Assembly (NCBI RefSeq): GCF_001194135.2
Contig: NC_068987.1
Coordinates: forward strand, 66,230,740-66,294,739
Direction: 5' to 3'
From: Octopus bimaculoides
Lineage: Eukaryota
DNA length: 64,000 nt
Position 1 is the stretch's first letter, and every line of letters begins with the position of its first letter. The notes below the pieces were generated by a model. That model did not search any database. It saw only the letters and a list, made by a program, of their open reading frames with translations, and had not been told where the DNA came from. Below are positions 1 to 12,195 of this stretch, piece by piece. The translations under genes and the position numbers were made by a program.

Positions 1-1456
1 AGAATTATTTGAAATACAAAGAAAGTTATAAAATTATGGTTGAATGACTGTATCGTCAAATAAATTCTAGTGTGTTTGCTTGTGTTTTCTACGCTGAGTT
101 TATATCATATATTACGCAACAAGAAAATCGATATATTGAAATATGGCTTTGTCTACGAATTCATAAATACGACTGTCGTGTAACATTGAATCACCTGCTC
201 TTTATGCAAGTGATATAAGATGTTCGGTAGAATTATAGTATCCTTCAATTATATGTGTCTCCACTTCATATTATAGTTAACTGTAGCAATGAGATGGTAG
301 TAATCAATAAGAGATCTGAGGAAAAATATTGTAGAAAAAATAGCTTATCTCTTCTCTATTTTGATGGGGAAAACAAATGTGTTACATGAATTCGGAAAAA
401 AGGCACTCTTCGCACACGAACAATAAAGTATTACACTCTGAGTCTCCTACCCAGAGAGAGAAAGAGAGAGAGGGAGAGGGAGGGAGGGAGAGAAACAGGG
501 AAAGAGAGAGAGAGAGAGAAAGGGAGAGTATACAACTTACAGTGCAGTGCATAGACGGGTGCTGTTTGTTCAATATATTAGCAGGTTATTATGCATTTGT
601 CCAACGTTAGCTGTATGCGTCTTCGTATAATACCCATGACAAAACAAAAAAAACTGACACTTGCTGTGTGAACATACGTATAACTCAGGATTTGTCTTCC
701 ATCACATTGTTTTTATCTGACGTCTCGATACGAAACGTTGTAGAAAAGATAGCGCTGGCTATAAGTTCTGTAGATTATCTGTAGAAATAACCTTAACAAA
801 ATAGTGTAACTAAGGCTTCCAGCATATGTGTGCGTGTGTGTTTTTGTGCACGGTTGTGCATTTACATTTGTATTTAAAAGAACGTTATGATGTTGGACGA
901 TACTGTCATCTATTTTCTCTTTACTACATCCTAGTCAATATGGCAGATAGCCTCTGATATCTGGGCTCAGTTATATTATCACGAAAAAATCTTTGAATAC
1001 AGGAATGAATATGCGAATACCGTAATGTAACCTCGCTAACAGTATCTAAGAGAGAAAACGTCTTACGCTCAGTACCAAGCTGGAGGACTGTCAAGCATCC
1101 CAACACTTTCTGTGACACCAGGGACCAAAATAACTGAAGACAATTGAAATCACATTCGAGGAGTGTGTTAGCTCCATATGAAAATTCTGTCTTTAAGTAT
1201 GGTCTCGCAATGACGTGTGTCATCCTCGAATAAGGTTTACAGTTATCTTAAAACTGAGATCATAGCAAATGACTACAGGGATTGAGGTGGATGTAGGAAA
1301 AAGAGGAAGAATTTTCGTTGTATTCTTCGAAAGTGAGAGGTAAGGTAATATGTATACATACATGCATGAATGCATACATACATACATACATACATACATG
1401 CATACATATATACATACATATTTACATACAAATATACTAACATACATGTATGTATA

Positions 1457-1695
1457 TATAGGCGTTGGACAAAATAATGGAAACACCTTAAAATTTCAAA
1501 GAAATAAATTTTTAATATGGGGTAGAACCGCTTTTGGCAGTAATTAAAGCTTGAATTCTACAAAGTATGGACTCGTACACAGTTTCAATTGTTTACAAAG
1601 GAATTTTTGTTTATTCTGCAGCTAAAACAATCTTCACTTCTTGTAGTGATGATGGTGGAGGATATCGTAGCGAGGTCTTTCTTCTAGTATTTGAT
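1457..1695 (-). mobile_element. Tc1-family transposon 3' end with TIR (same family as 15490-16328)
   Basis: TA-TAGGCGTTGGACAAAATAATGGAAACACC matches the reverse complement of the terminus at 16298-16328. Similarity continues ~240 bp. Minus strand reads YPPPSSLQEVKIVLAAE*TKIPL*TIETVYESILCRIQALITAKSGSTPY*. Confidence 0.85.
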
Positions 1696-2180
1696 GGCTT
1701 GGGATAAGAATTGGCCCTTTCACATCTTGTATGAGGAATACCGAATGTCTTCATGCATTACCTGCCTGATAAGAAACTCATACACTTCCATCTCTCTGAC
1801 GAGCGACCTAATTGACTTGGAGGGATCGTTATTAATCATGGCCTGTATGTCACCAGCAAATTCAGGAGTTTTTTTCTCATCAGAACGATGGGAGTGAGTT
1901 TTTCGAGCTGTTGTACCTACGTAATCCACATTACACTCACCGAACTCTTTCTGAATCCTTTGCACTATCCTCAGATTGACACACAAAATCTGAGATGTTC
2001 GTGCCTGAGCTTCCGGTGCGAATGGCAAATATTACAGCATGTCGTTTCCAAATATCTAGTAGAGTCTATCGTGTCATGGTGCTATTTTTTTTCACAGACG
2101 AATTCCCAACCGACCCTTGTATATTGTGTAATCGACAAAATCGAAAACAAACACCGGGCATGAACGTAATAAATTAAAAA
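1690..2180 (-). mobile_element. Tc1/mariner-superfamily transposase 5' fragment (maT/DD37D-like N-terminus), degenerate
   Basis: Frameshifted minus reading WKRHAVIFAIRTGSSGTNISD/CVNLRIVQRIQKEF..RKTHSHRSDEKKTPEFAGDIQAMINNDPSKSIRSLVREMEVYEFLIRQVMHEDIRYSSYKM*KGQFLSQA, an HTH-type DNA-binding region. The catalytic domain is absent, so the subfamily call is tentative. Confidence 0.7.
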
Positions 2181-2364
2181 TATAGTATGGCAACAATGTA
2201 CCCATCTCACTCTGTATATGTATACAAATACATGTATATATATANNNNNNNNNNNNNNNNNNNNNNNNNNNNNNNNNNNNNNNNNNNNNNNNNNNNNNNN
2301 NNNNNNNNNNNNNNNNNNNNNNNNNNNNNNNNNNNNNNNNNNNNNNNNNNNNNNNNNNNNNNNN

Positions 2365-3200
2365 TATATATAAAATTACATAAAAATAATTATAATAAGG
2401 GCACTAATGAATAGTGCCACGTGCTAGAAGTAGACGCCAATTGTCTCTAACAACTATATTCTTTACTTCATTAGCACGGTATGAAAGTGAGGAGAGTGAA
2501 CAAATGATTTTTTGGGTTTATAAGTTTAGCCAGAGATCGATTTCTAGTTTAGAGATATAAACACCTCTTTATCTTCATCAGTATGGTATAACAAATTGTA
2601 CATAATTATAAACATTTATACATACCCATGTGAATAACACTGTATCTACAAGCATATCTACAAATGTTCACACTTATTTACAAGATATATCTAATTCATT
2701 CACCTCAGCCACGTGTGTATACGACCAGAAAGAATCCCTGAGTGAATATATTGGTCGTAGTTATTTATATTTATATATAGTTAAGGATAAAATCTTTATA
2801 ATATTTTATCAAGCATCAAGTTGTAACAAAACTATATAGGTAACAGTTAATACAAATATATAATTATATAAATATAATTAAAATAAAGGTCACAAGAACC
2901 GCCAGATGGCTGTAAGAACTACATTATTAACTCCCTTATCACGGGAGGTGGGGCACAGTGTTAGAACAAGTGAAAATATCTACAGATGTTCAAGGGAGAC
3001 AAATGTATTAAAACAAAGGGAGAGATAGACGGATAAATAGATAAATCGTTGCACAGTTTAATGTTAAATTAAGTACATGCCAACTTGGAAGCAATTGCCA
3101 ATAAATGATATATTTTATAGTATATTTATTTTTTGGTTTATCCAGCATCGAATCGATCGCGAAAATTACATGTGACTTAACAACCATTTGTTGGCACACA
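2365..3200 (-). mobile_element. Probable Penelope-like element 3' end / terminal repeat, degenerate
   Basis: Minus strand ~3040-3160 resembles a GIY-YIG C-terminus (DKPKNKYTIK..LLAIASKLACT*FNIKLCNDLSIY). It is followed by AT-rich sequence, a hammerhead-like motif (2530-2586) and (TA)n. Confidence 0.45.
2530..2586 (-). ncRNA. Candidate minimal type I hammerhead ribozyme (imperfect)
   Basis: Minus: CCATA-CTGATGA-(30 nt)-GAAA-TCGA-TC-TCTGG. Stem I pairs 4/5, ATCGAT is palindromic, and the cleavage triplet is AUC. Confidence 0.4.
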
Positions 3201-4329
3201 CTAGATCACATTGCATGATTAACAGTTGGAATCCGACGTAAAATGTGATTGGAAAACCACTTGAAGAATATACAACTGGTGTTCAAAAACTGTTGCATGT
3301 TTTCAAGTTGTTACATTGAAGTATTTCATGTTAATATCATGATTCTATGATGGTATATATGGATCTACGTATATATATATATATATATATATATNNNNNN
3401 NNNNNNNNNNNNNNNNNNNNNNNNNNNNNNNNNNNNNNNNNNNNNNNNNNNNNNNNNNNNNNNNNNNNNNNNNNNNNNNNNNNNNNNNNNNNNNNNNNNN
3501 NNNNNNNNNNNNNNNNNNNNNNNNNNNNNNNNNNNNNNNNNNNNNNNNNNNNNNNNNNNNNNNNNNNNNNNNNNNNNNNNNNNNNNNNNNNNNNNNNNNN
3601 NNNNNNNNNNNNNNNNNNNNNNNNNNNNNNNNNNNATATATATATATATATATATATATATACGTACCTATATAAATATATATATTTGAACGTGCTTGGA
3701 TATATGTAGGCATGTGCGTATGCACACACGCATACACGCGCAAACACGCACACACATACACGCATACACACATATACACACATATACACACACGTACACA
3801 CGTACACATATACACACAAAATTTATATATGGATATATGATAACTAACTATTTCTATTGAGGCAACATTAAATATGTTTATGATAGCGAATTATATAAAC
3901 ATAGATCAGCGAAATCTCCTTGCTCAATCTAAAATTAAATATGGAAATTTATGAACTACAGCTAAATACTACAAATTCCTCCAAGGAGTTCGTTTCACAC
4001 AAAGAAACACTAGATTGACAGAATAAATTATCAAATATTTAGTTTTCTTTCCGCCCAGTGTGGAGGATAATACGGCCGAGTTCTCTTTGAGTACAGTTAA
4101 TCTTACAAGAGACAATAATATATAACATATATGATTTGAAACAAGAAAGGATAAACCTGTGTTCTCTTAGAGAAATGCAATCTGGGTGGTGTCTAATAGG
4201 AAAAAATAAAAGAAAATAGCAAATAATCACTCAATAGGAAGGAAGATATCTAGAAAATATGAAGAGAAACATTTCTGGTAGCTTCCTACCAGATATGTTT
4301 GAAAATCGTGAACAGTAGTCATGAGAAAA

Positions 4330-4620
4330 GCTATTTATAAAAATTACCGAAATGTTTCGCTGATAATAAGCATTAATGACTAGCAGAGAATAAGCATAAA
4401 TTACCAGCATTAATACAAAAGTTGACAAATGGGGAAATAATTTCGTAGAAAAAAACAATGAAGACAATCAAGTCGCATCATGGCTGGTAAGGGAGAATAT
4501 ATGATTGTCAGGATTATGCCAAAAGAGTTGGCCGGCAGATCAAGCAACGACTGACTATCATGATAAAAGTTCCAAGTCACAAGAAAGCTTATAAAATTTA
4601 CAAATTCCTAAGTTTTTGCT
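4330..4620 (+). mobile_element. Highly degenerate Dong/R4-like LINE fragment (zinc-knuckle region)
   Basis: ALMTSRE*A*ITSINTKVDK resembles the R4 motif EALIxAAQEQALxTxxIKxKIDK. Followed by GEYMI..VGRQIKQRL..KVPSHKKAY. Confidence 0.4.
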
Positions 4621-5139
4621 ATAACGACCAAATGCTAATAATTGTGTACATTCATTGAATAACTAATATGATTTGAATGAAAACTTGTTAAAATACGATG
4701 AGACTCTATTGATTTCCTTTCACCATAAAACCATATTGTAGACAAATAATATATTTACTGCTAATACATATCTACCCACTAACGGGACGACTTTTCGTCT
4801 GGAATGTAATAACATCTTTTCAATGAGTTTAAATGCGTATCACAAAAGAAAGTATGAAAATGTAGTTGTCAATGAACTGATTAGGGCCAGAATACGCTGT
4901 TGATGAATATTTACATTTTAACCGCTTCTATTTTATTCCAATCGTATTGTTTTTTTCTTTTTGGTTTCGGGGGAAAATAGATGAACTTCACAGCGTCCTA
5001 ATTGTTTTTAGCTTGAGAATATTACTCTTCAAGTTCTTCATAGAAACATAACGATTTCTGGTACCAAAGAGATTATTACAGCAATTTTCATTGTTTATAA
5101 TCTTCTGTACCAGTGTATTTCTGTATCCGTAAAAAAACA

Positions 5140-7075
5140 ATCCCAGAAGGAAGATATCAAATTTGTCTGTAGTGTCAACCCCAACTACTCAGAGTACTAC
5201 AATCTAAGGCTTCTGTTACGCCATGTCAAGAGACCCAGATCATTTACTGCGTTACGTACTGTTGACAACACAGTATATCTAATATATCACCAGGCTAGCC
5301 ATGTCAGAGATCTTCTGGAAGATGATGCATACTGGGATGCCACTCTGAGAGAGGCACAAGCGTGCAAATCTCCTATGCAGCTGAGAAGCCTCTTCTCCAT
5401 AATTCTGGTGAATTGAGGATTGTCAAATCGGAAACAACATTGGTACAAATACAAGGAGGGGCTTTATGAACACATTCTTCAAAGGATTCAATATCAGTAT
5501 GAGGGTGATGTCACATTCAATGCTGACATCTTCAATGAAGCATTAAGATTGACAGAGAGCAAGTTTCAATCCCTGGGTGTCAACAAACTTGATCTCTATG
5601 GTCTTCCAGCTCCTGCCAGATATGTTCAGCACAGATTAGCACAAGAGCTAAATAGGGTAACATCATACATGGAAAGTTTGCAAGCAGTTGTCAATGAGAA
5701 GGAACCACTTCTGGTACAGGATCAAAAGGAGGTATACTGGCAAGTTTTGACATCTGTGAACAATGACACTGATGGGGTATTCCTCTTAGATGCTTCTGGA
5801 GGTACAAGGAAGACATAATTGATCAAGCTGCTCCTTGCGAAGGTGAGACAGAAAAAGAAGATTGCTCTGGCTGTTGAATCTTCTGGAATTGCTACCACAT
5901 TCCTAACAGATGGAACAACAGCCCATTCCACATTCAAGCTGCGTCTGAGCTTGATCCAAAGTGAATCTTCATTATGCAACAAATCGACGAATATAACGTT
6001 AGAAAAGGTCCACGCAGATACCTAACACATTGTCTGGAATGAGGCAGTAATGTCCCATAAGGCAGCCTTTGAAGCTCTTGGTAGAACCTTACAACACTTC
6101 AAACACTTCAGAAACAATAAGAACATCATGGGTGGTGTCACCCTCTTCATGGCTGATGACTTCAGGCACATACTGTCTGTCGTTCCCAGAGGAACAAAGG
6201 CATATGAGCTGAGACTTTGCCTCAAGTCCTCATACATGTGGAAACATGTCAAGTAGCTTACTCTGACATTTTACATGAGGGTTCACATTCAGGGTGACCC
6301 ATTAGATGCAGAGTTTTCCAAGAAGTTACATGACATTGAAAATGGAAAAAATGCCACAGGATTCTAAAGATAGTCTGTAACACCTCCCATATGATAATAT
6401 GACTGCGTCCCTTGAAGAAGTGAAGTGCAAGGTCTTTCCAAATTTGCCACAAACTACAAAAGTCACAAGTGGCTATGTGAAAGAACGATTCTGACACTAA
6501 GGATGATGCTGTAAACAAGCAGAATCTAAATTTGATGTTTCAGCTTCCAGGAACTGAAAGTTCATACAGATCAGTTGATTCTGTCCCTGATCAAGGAAAG
6601 GCAATGTATTACCCTGTGTAGTTCCACAATTCACTTCAACCACCAAGACTTCCACCACACATTCTTATCATGGAAACAGGTGCTCCCATAATGGTGTTGA
6701 GAAAATTTGATGAACCTTACTCTGCAATAGAACAAGGTTGGTTGTTAAAACAACCATGCCCCATGTGTTGGAAGCGATGACAATTAGAGCCAACATGTGT
6801 GAATATGCCATCATTACAAGGATCCCTCTCATCTCAAATGTTCACCCCTTTCTGCTCTCGAGACTGCAGGTTCCTGTCAAACTGAACTTTGCAATGTCTA
6901 TGAACAAAGCACAAGGTCAATCTCTAAAGGTGGTGTGACTTAAACTCTTTCAGCCATGCTTCTCACATCGTCAGCTGTATGCTGGATGTTCCAGAGTTGG
7001 AGATGAAATGAACCTCTACATTCTCAGTGATACACATGGCGAGACAGAAAACATAGTATATGAAGCACTTACGTG
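5140..7075 (+). mobile_element. Helitron RepHel pseudogene fragment (PIF1-like SF1 helicase), many stops and frameshifts
   Basis: Motifs in order: EYYNLRLLLRHVKRPRSF, LLEDDAYWDATL, FLLDASGGTRKT (Walker A), IALAVESSGIATTFLTDGTTAHSTFKL, GGVTLFMADDFRHILSVVPRG, LPPHIL, RLQVPVKLNFAMSMNKAQGQSLKVV, CFSHRQLYAGCSRVG. Confidence 0.93.
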
Positions 7076-8119
7076 GATAGTATGTGCATGTAATGTACAG
7101 AAGTGTAGAACCATTGAGTGTTAAAAGTAGGGCAAAAACATTTTCTGAGAAATACTCTAATCTAACACTACAAGCAAATAGTTCTGTGTTAAGGTTATAT
7201 ATGTATATATATATATATATNNNNNNNNNNNNNNNNNNNNNNNNNNNNNNNNNNNNNNNNNNNNNNNNNNNNNNNNNNNNNNNNNNNNNNNNNNNNNNNN
7301 NNNNNNNNNNNNNNNNNNNNNNNNNNNNNNNNNNNNNNNNNNNNNNNNNNNNNNNNNNNNNNNNNNNNNNNNNNNNNNNNNNNNNNNNNNNNNNNNNNNN
7401 NNNNNNNNNNNNNNNNNNNNNNNNNNNNNNNNNNNNNNNNNNNNNNNNNNNNNNNNNNNNNNNNNNNNNNNNNNNNNNNNNNNNNNNNNNNNNNNNNNNN
7501 NNNNNNNNNNNNNNNNNNNNNNNNNNNNNNNNNNNNNNNNNNNNNNNNNNNNNNNNNNNNNNNNNNNNNNNNNNNNNNNNNNNNNNNNNNNNNNNNNNNN
7601 NNNNNNNNNNNNNNNNNNNNNNNNNNNNNNNNNNNNNNNNNNNNNNNNNNNNNNNNNNNNNNNNNNNNNNNNNNNNNNNNNNNNNNNNNNNNNNNNNNNN
7701 NNNNNNNNNNNNNNNNNNNNNNNNNNNNNNNNNNNNNNNNNNNNNNNNNNNNNNNNNNNNNNNNNNNNNNNNNNNNNNNNNNNNNNNNNNNNNNNNNNNN
7801 NNNNNNNNNNNNNNNNNNNNNNNNNNNNNNNNNNNNNNNNNNNNNNNNNNNNNNNNNNNNNNNNNNNNNNNNNNNNNNNNNNNNNNNNNNNNNNNNNNNN
7901 NNNNNNNNNNNNNNNNNNNNNNNNNNNNNNNNNNNNNNNNNNNNNNNNNNNNNNNNNNNNNNNNNNNNNNNNNNNNNNNNNNNNNNNNNNNNNNNNNNNN
8001 NNNNNNNNNNNNNNNNNNNNNNNNNNNNNNNNNNNNNNNNNNNNNNNNNNNNNNNNNNNNNNNNNNNNNNNNNNNNNNNNNNNNNNNNNNNNNNNNNNNN
8101 NNNNNNNNNNNNNNNNNNN

Positions 8120-8156
<37 letters not shown>

Positions 8157-8323
8157 TTGCATATAAAATCCAACATTGTTCAGTGCTCATATTTTCACTC
8201 TCACTGTATACTGTAGTAAGTAAACATGATAAATATGCGTAGGCATATTGATAATACAAATTTTAAACGAATATATATGCACATACGTGCACATATATAT
8301 TCATATGTAGATTTATGTATGTA

Positions 8324-8435
<112 letters not shown>

Positions 8436-8539
8436 CAGTCATATGTATGTATCTATAATCCTGTGTATTATAATGATTTCGGATAGTGTGTCTCTGAATA
8501 GAGGTGTTAGACAAATATTCTCCTATTGCACAATTATTA

Positions 8540-9500
8540 TTGTTATTTTATCTCTTAGAAGGCTCAGTATTGTTTGTTTTGGTAGGTTCTGTAAAAGTCG
8601 AGACGAGCCTGCTAGCAGAGGTCAGGCAGGGTCTCTTTCTAAACATCCTAAGCTTTCATACTTTTAATTATCAGCTTTTTAATTATCATGGGAGACATTC
8701 AACATCCAAGTACCAATCTCAAAATCCTAGCTGTCCCCAGCAGAGCAGATGTTGGCGCTTGCCCTGCCCCCATGTTAATTTCGATTTCTCTGACGTATTT
8801 CTTGGACTTGGTTGTTCGTGCCTCCAGTGACTCTACAGCTACTGGAATGACACTCTCCTTATTGTCCACGTTCTTGCAATTTCGTCTTTTAGTTATATGT
8901 ATTTTTCAATCTTTTCTAGTTTTTTGTCACTTATGTGTGCATCCTCAGGTATTGTAATATCTATAATCCTGATTTCCTTTTTTCCTTTATCTAAAGCAAC
9001 AATATGTGATCTCCGAGTATCAATTAGGGAGTTACATTGGATTGGGAAATCTCACAGTATCTTATATTCCTTGTTCTCGGTCACTCCTGGTTCATGTTCA
9101 TACCATTTTCGTGCACTGTCCAGGCCGTACATTTCATAGAGCTTCCAGTGGATGAACTTAGCTACGTTATCCTGCCTCCTTTTGTAGTGCTTTTGGGCCA
9201 GCTTGTTTCACTCACTCACAATATAATTGTTTCTTTTCTGCTGACACGCATCCTACAAAGGTGCGATTCGGCACTCTTATCTATTTGGAACTTGGTGTAG
9301 TTAGTTCCCAGGGCTTGTTCTTGAGCGCTGCTTATGAATGTCTTAGTGCAATCTTTCATATGACGTTTTCTGAGCCATCTCAATTGTTGATCTAGTCTTT
9401 TCCTTCAATTTCTGTGAGGTATTGCCCTTGCAGAGAGTTTATTTTCTATCGTTTACTCCTTCATCCAGTTTCTTAAATATTAGTGGGTGCATCATATTTT
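8540..9500 (-). mobile_element. Dong/R4-clade LINE 3' fragment (zinc knuckle plus restriction-like endonuclease)
   Basis: Minus: LQGQYLTEIEGKD..MKDCTKTFISSAQEQALGTNYTKFQIDKSAESHLCRM..RQDNVAKFIHWKLYEMYGLDSARKWYEHEPGVTENKEYKIL*DFPIQC..HIVALDKGKKEIRIIDITIPED..KLEKIEKY. Ends in a TAAAATAACAATAATAAT tract near 8540. Confidence 0.87.
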
Positions 9501-9589
9501 CAGTAGGTACGGTATTGTTAATTCTAACAGTGGCACGCTGTTAGAAGTAACTGCTGGAAAAGAAAAATTCCTAACATCGGGCTACAACA

Positions 9590-9870
9590 AGTAACCTTAC
9601 ATGCTAAGAACCACCACCACTACGCTATTCTAGCAGTCCCTAATAATACTGTTTTATGCCTACTACCTCGATCCACCTGTTCAAATATTAGGATATAGCC
9701 CTAAATGCACCTATAATTACAAGGATAGATTTTACTTGCATTTTCCATGGTCTATGTCACTCAATGGCTAGGTCCTGGTACTTTGCTCTTTCTTACCTCT
9801 CATATTGAATTTCTCATTATTTGGGACTTTAAAGTCAATTACCTAGCATTTTCTATTCACTTTGCTTAAT
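9590..9870 (-). mobile_element. Second, older Dong/R4 3' fragment
   Basis: Minus: KVNRKC*VIDFKVPNNEK..RPWKMQVKSILVIIGAFRAIS*YLNRWIEVVGIKTVLLGTARI, matching the RLE C-terminus (VIxGALG..KTVLLGTARI). Confidence 0.65.
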
Positions 9871-9984
9871 GCTACTGAATCATGCCTCACCCTCCTCCTT
9901 TTCTTCTTCTTATTATTAGTATCTTCTTTCAGTTCTTGCCGAGTGTCTTCCCAACACCCAGGACAGAGAATTCAGAAAGACATT

Positions 9985-10258
9985 ATTACTATTATTATTG
10001 AGAGCGCAGTGCATACCATCAAAATGATACTGGGGTTAAATATACGAAGCTTAGTATACCCATCATGACTACCCATCTGATAAGGGTACACCAGGCACAT
10101 GCATCACAACCATATGTGCGTGACGTGGTGATCTCATATCAAGATTAACAGCGCATGATCTTGCAGGTGAGGAACAGTAAGAATTTTCTTCAAGTCGAGC
10201 AGATCATCCCACTCAAAAGGTCCCTGAATAAGGTCTGTTTAAGGATGTTGAACGAAAC
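9985..10258 (-). repeat. Interspersed repeat ending in an (AAT)n tail; class unassigned
   Basis: GC-richer non-coding block bounded by TTATTACTATTATTATTG. It resembles a high-copy octopus repeat as I recall it, not verified. Confidence 0.4.
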
Positions 10259-10259
10259 A

Positions 10260-10394
10260 CCCCTGGACTTATTCTCTGCAAGCCTGGTACTAATCCTATC
10301 GGTCTCTTTTGCAGAACCGCTAGATTACAGGGACGTAAACATACCAAGATCGGTTGTCAAGCGATGGAGGAGAGACAAACACAGACACAAATCT

Positions 10395-10427
<33 letters not shown>
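10260..10427 (-). mobile_element. SINE 3' half (family A, with an internal (TA)n/(TG)n tract)
   Basis: Reverse complement of CGCTTGACAACCG..GGT(G/A)TGTTTACGTCCC(C/T)GTAA..GCGGTTC..AAGAGACC.ATAG, shared with 31385, 32890 and 54560. Confidence 0.75.
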
Positions 10428-10829
10428 NNNNNNNNNNNNNNNNNNNNNNNNNNNNNNNNNNNNNNNNNNNNNNNNNNNNNNNNNNNNNNNNNNNNNNNNN
10501 NNNNNNNNNNNNNNNNNNNNNNNNNNNNNNNNNNNNNNNNNNNNNNNNNNNNNNNNNNNNNNNNNNNNNNNNNNNNNNNNNNNNNNNNNNNNNNNNNNNN
10601 NNNNNNNNNNNNNNNNNNNNNNNNNNNNNNNNNNNNNNNNNNNNNNNNNNNNNTTACAATACGCAATTTTTAAAAATGATATCCGTCTTCTAAAACTTCT
10701 AAATTTACATATAAATCTATTACGAACAATGCACAAAGACCAATACGCCTTTGCAGATCTGCCCCTCTCTGTGTCTCTACGCAGTAAAGTGTAGATTTGC
10801 GTGTGCCCGTGAGTGTCTATTCTTTCGGC

Positions 10830-10899
10830 TACTACACTACTACTGTTACTGCTACTGCTGCTGCTGCTGTTGCTGCTGTTGCTGCTGCTGCTGCTGCCG

Positions 10900-10966
<67 letters not shown>

Positions 10967-10987
10967 CACGACGACGACCACCACCAG
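10830..10987. repeat. Compound trinucleotide microsatellite (CTA)/(CTG)/(CTA)n/(CGA)/(CCA)
   Basis: Directly visible; produces the poly-T/L/Y pseudo-ORFs. Confidence 0.97.
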
Positions 10988-10989
10988 AA

Positions 10990-11490
10990 TGTTAAAGGCC
11001 CACAACCTCTCATATTTCTTAATTTCTAGTAGTTTACTATGTTCATTTCATATAATTTATCAGTATGTTCAAATCCTAGCTTTCTACATAACTCCAGTAG
11101 ATTATTCTTCTCAGGTTGTCATGTCTATTCTTGTATTATTTCTGTGTCCGCATACTACATTTACTTACTATATGAGTAACACTTTCTTCTTTCGATTTAC
11201 ATTAACTACATTAGCAATCTACCTGGTTTTTGTGTATCTTGGTTTTTATTCAGTTAGTTCCCAATGCTCGATCTTTTGCTGCTACTAACAAACTTTCTGT
11301 CTGCCTTTTCAACCTTCCTTTCTGCAACCGTAACCTCGTTAAAACTAATTTATTCTCTTATTTTGACTGGAATACTGAATATACTCAAGCATTGACTTAT
11401 TCATGGGTGGGGAAATCATGTCATAGGCTTTCTTATAGTTTATCTGTCCTATTGTTAATTTTTTCTTCCTACAAATTTCCGAAAGCTCGC
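10990..11490 (-). mobile_element. Internally deleted Dong/R4 fragment
   Basis: Minus: KKLTIGQINYKKAYDMIS (RT motif DYxKAYD) joined within ~100 bp to LKRQTESLLVAAKDRALGTN*IKTKI..EESVTHIVSKC..YKNRHDNLRRIIYW..KKYERLWAFNI. Confidence 0.72.
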
Positions 11491-11964
11491 ACTCGACGGT
11501 TTTGAAAAAGATATTACAGCACATTGGAACAATGTATTCTTATAAAGAGTATTTAAAGAATAAGTATGGGGATCACATTTGAAACTTCTTTAACCATTAT
11601 ATATGACTGGTCATTATTGACCTAGAGCTAAAAAGTAATTTTAACTTTTGCCACCGACATTCAAGATAGCTGCAATAATGTTCCTTCTTATCCAAGAATT
11701 GAGTTTGCTTGTAGTCAGACTGAGTACGATGAAATAGAGGCAAGGAGCAAAAGAAAGAAACAAAACAAAAACAAAATGGTGTGGAGTAAGACTGGATGAA
11801 TAAAAGAAAGGAATATCAAGGAATATTCACATATATTTTGAATACGTTTACTAGTTATTAAAAGTTCCCTTTATCAGACGACTAATATCTCAAAAGTGGA
11901 ACGACCTTTGCTTAAATCTATGTAGCTATTTTTAATCCTTATCTCTCCCCCGTCTCTCCCTCTC

Positions 11965-12006
<42 letters not shown>

Positions 12007-12019
12007 ACCGTTGACTGAA

Positions 12020-12195
12020 CACTATTCAATTTTTTTTCTCCGTGTTTTTCTCCTTGTCTCCGTATTCTTTCTGTTGAAGAGCGTAGCTCGAAACGTCAAA
12101 GACTTTCCGTATTCCCGAGCGTCATACTAATATATACTTTTGTTATTTACACCACCTGTCCTCGTCTGTTGTTATTTTTTGTATATTCTCCCATA
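12020..12195 (+). mobile_element. Probable Penelope-like pseudo-LTR fragment carrying a hammerhead motif
   Basis: Pyrimidine-rich block with CTGTTGAAGAGCGTAGCTCGAAACGTC, lying between (TA)n tracts. Minimal hammerheads are an established feature of PLE terminal repeats. Confidence 0.55.
12066..12102 (+). ncRNA. Candidate minimal type I hammerhead ribozyme
   Basis: TCTTT-CTGTTGA-A-GAGC(GTA)GCTC-GAAA-CG-TC-AAAGA. Stem I 5 bp, stem II 4 bp, ACGT palindrome, GUC triplet. Core A6 is U. Confidence 0.55.

Noticed and set aside
711-748. CTGACGTCTCGATACGAAACGTTGTAGAA hammerhead-like motif
   Set aside because: Core lacks G8-A9 in register, stem II is only 2 bp, and stem I relies on wobbles. It may be a relic but cannot be supported.
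905-1220. Weak LINE-like traces here (YLGS) and at 28130-28520, 42740-43330 and 54810-55000
   Set aside because: Only 3-6 residue resemblances to RTE/CR1 motifs; insufficient without a profile search.
10830-10987. Regularly spaced short repeats as CRISPR-like or coding repeats
   Set aside because: Simple trinucleotide slippage arrays with no unique spacers, in a eukaryotic context.
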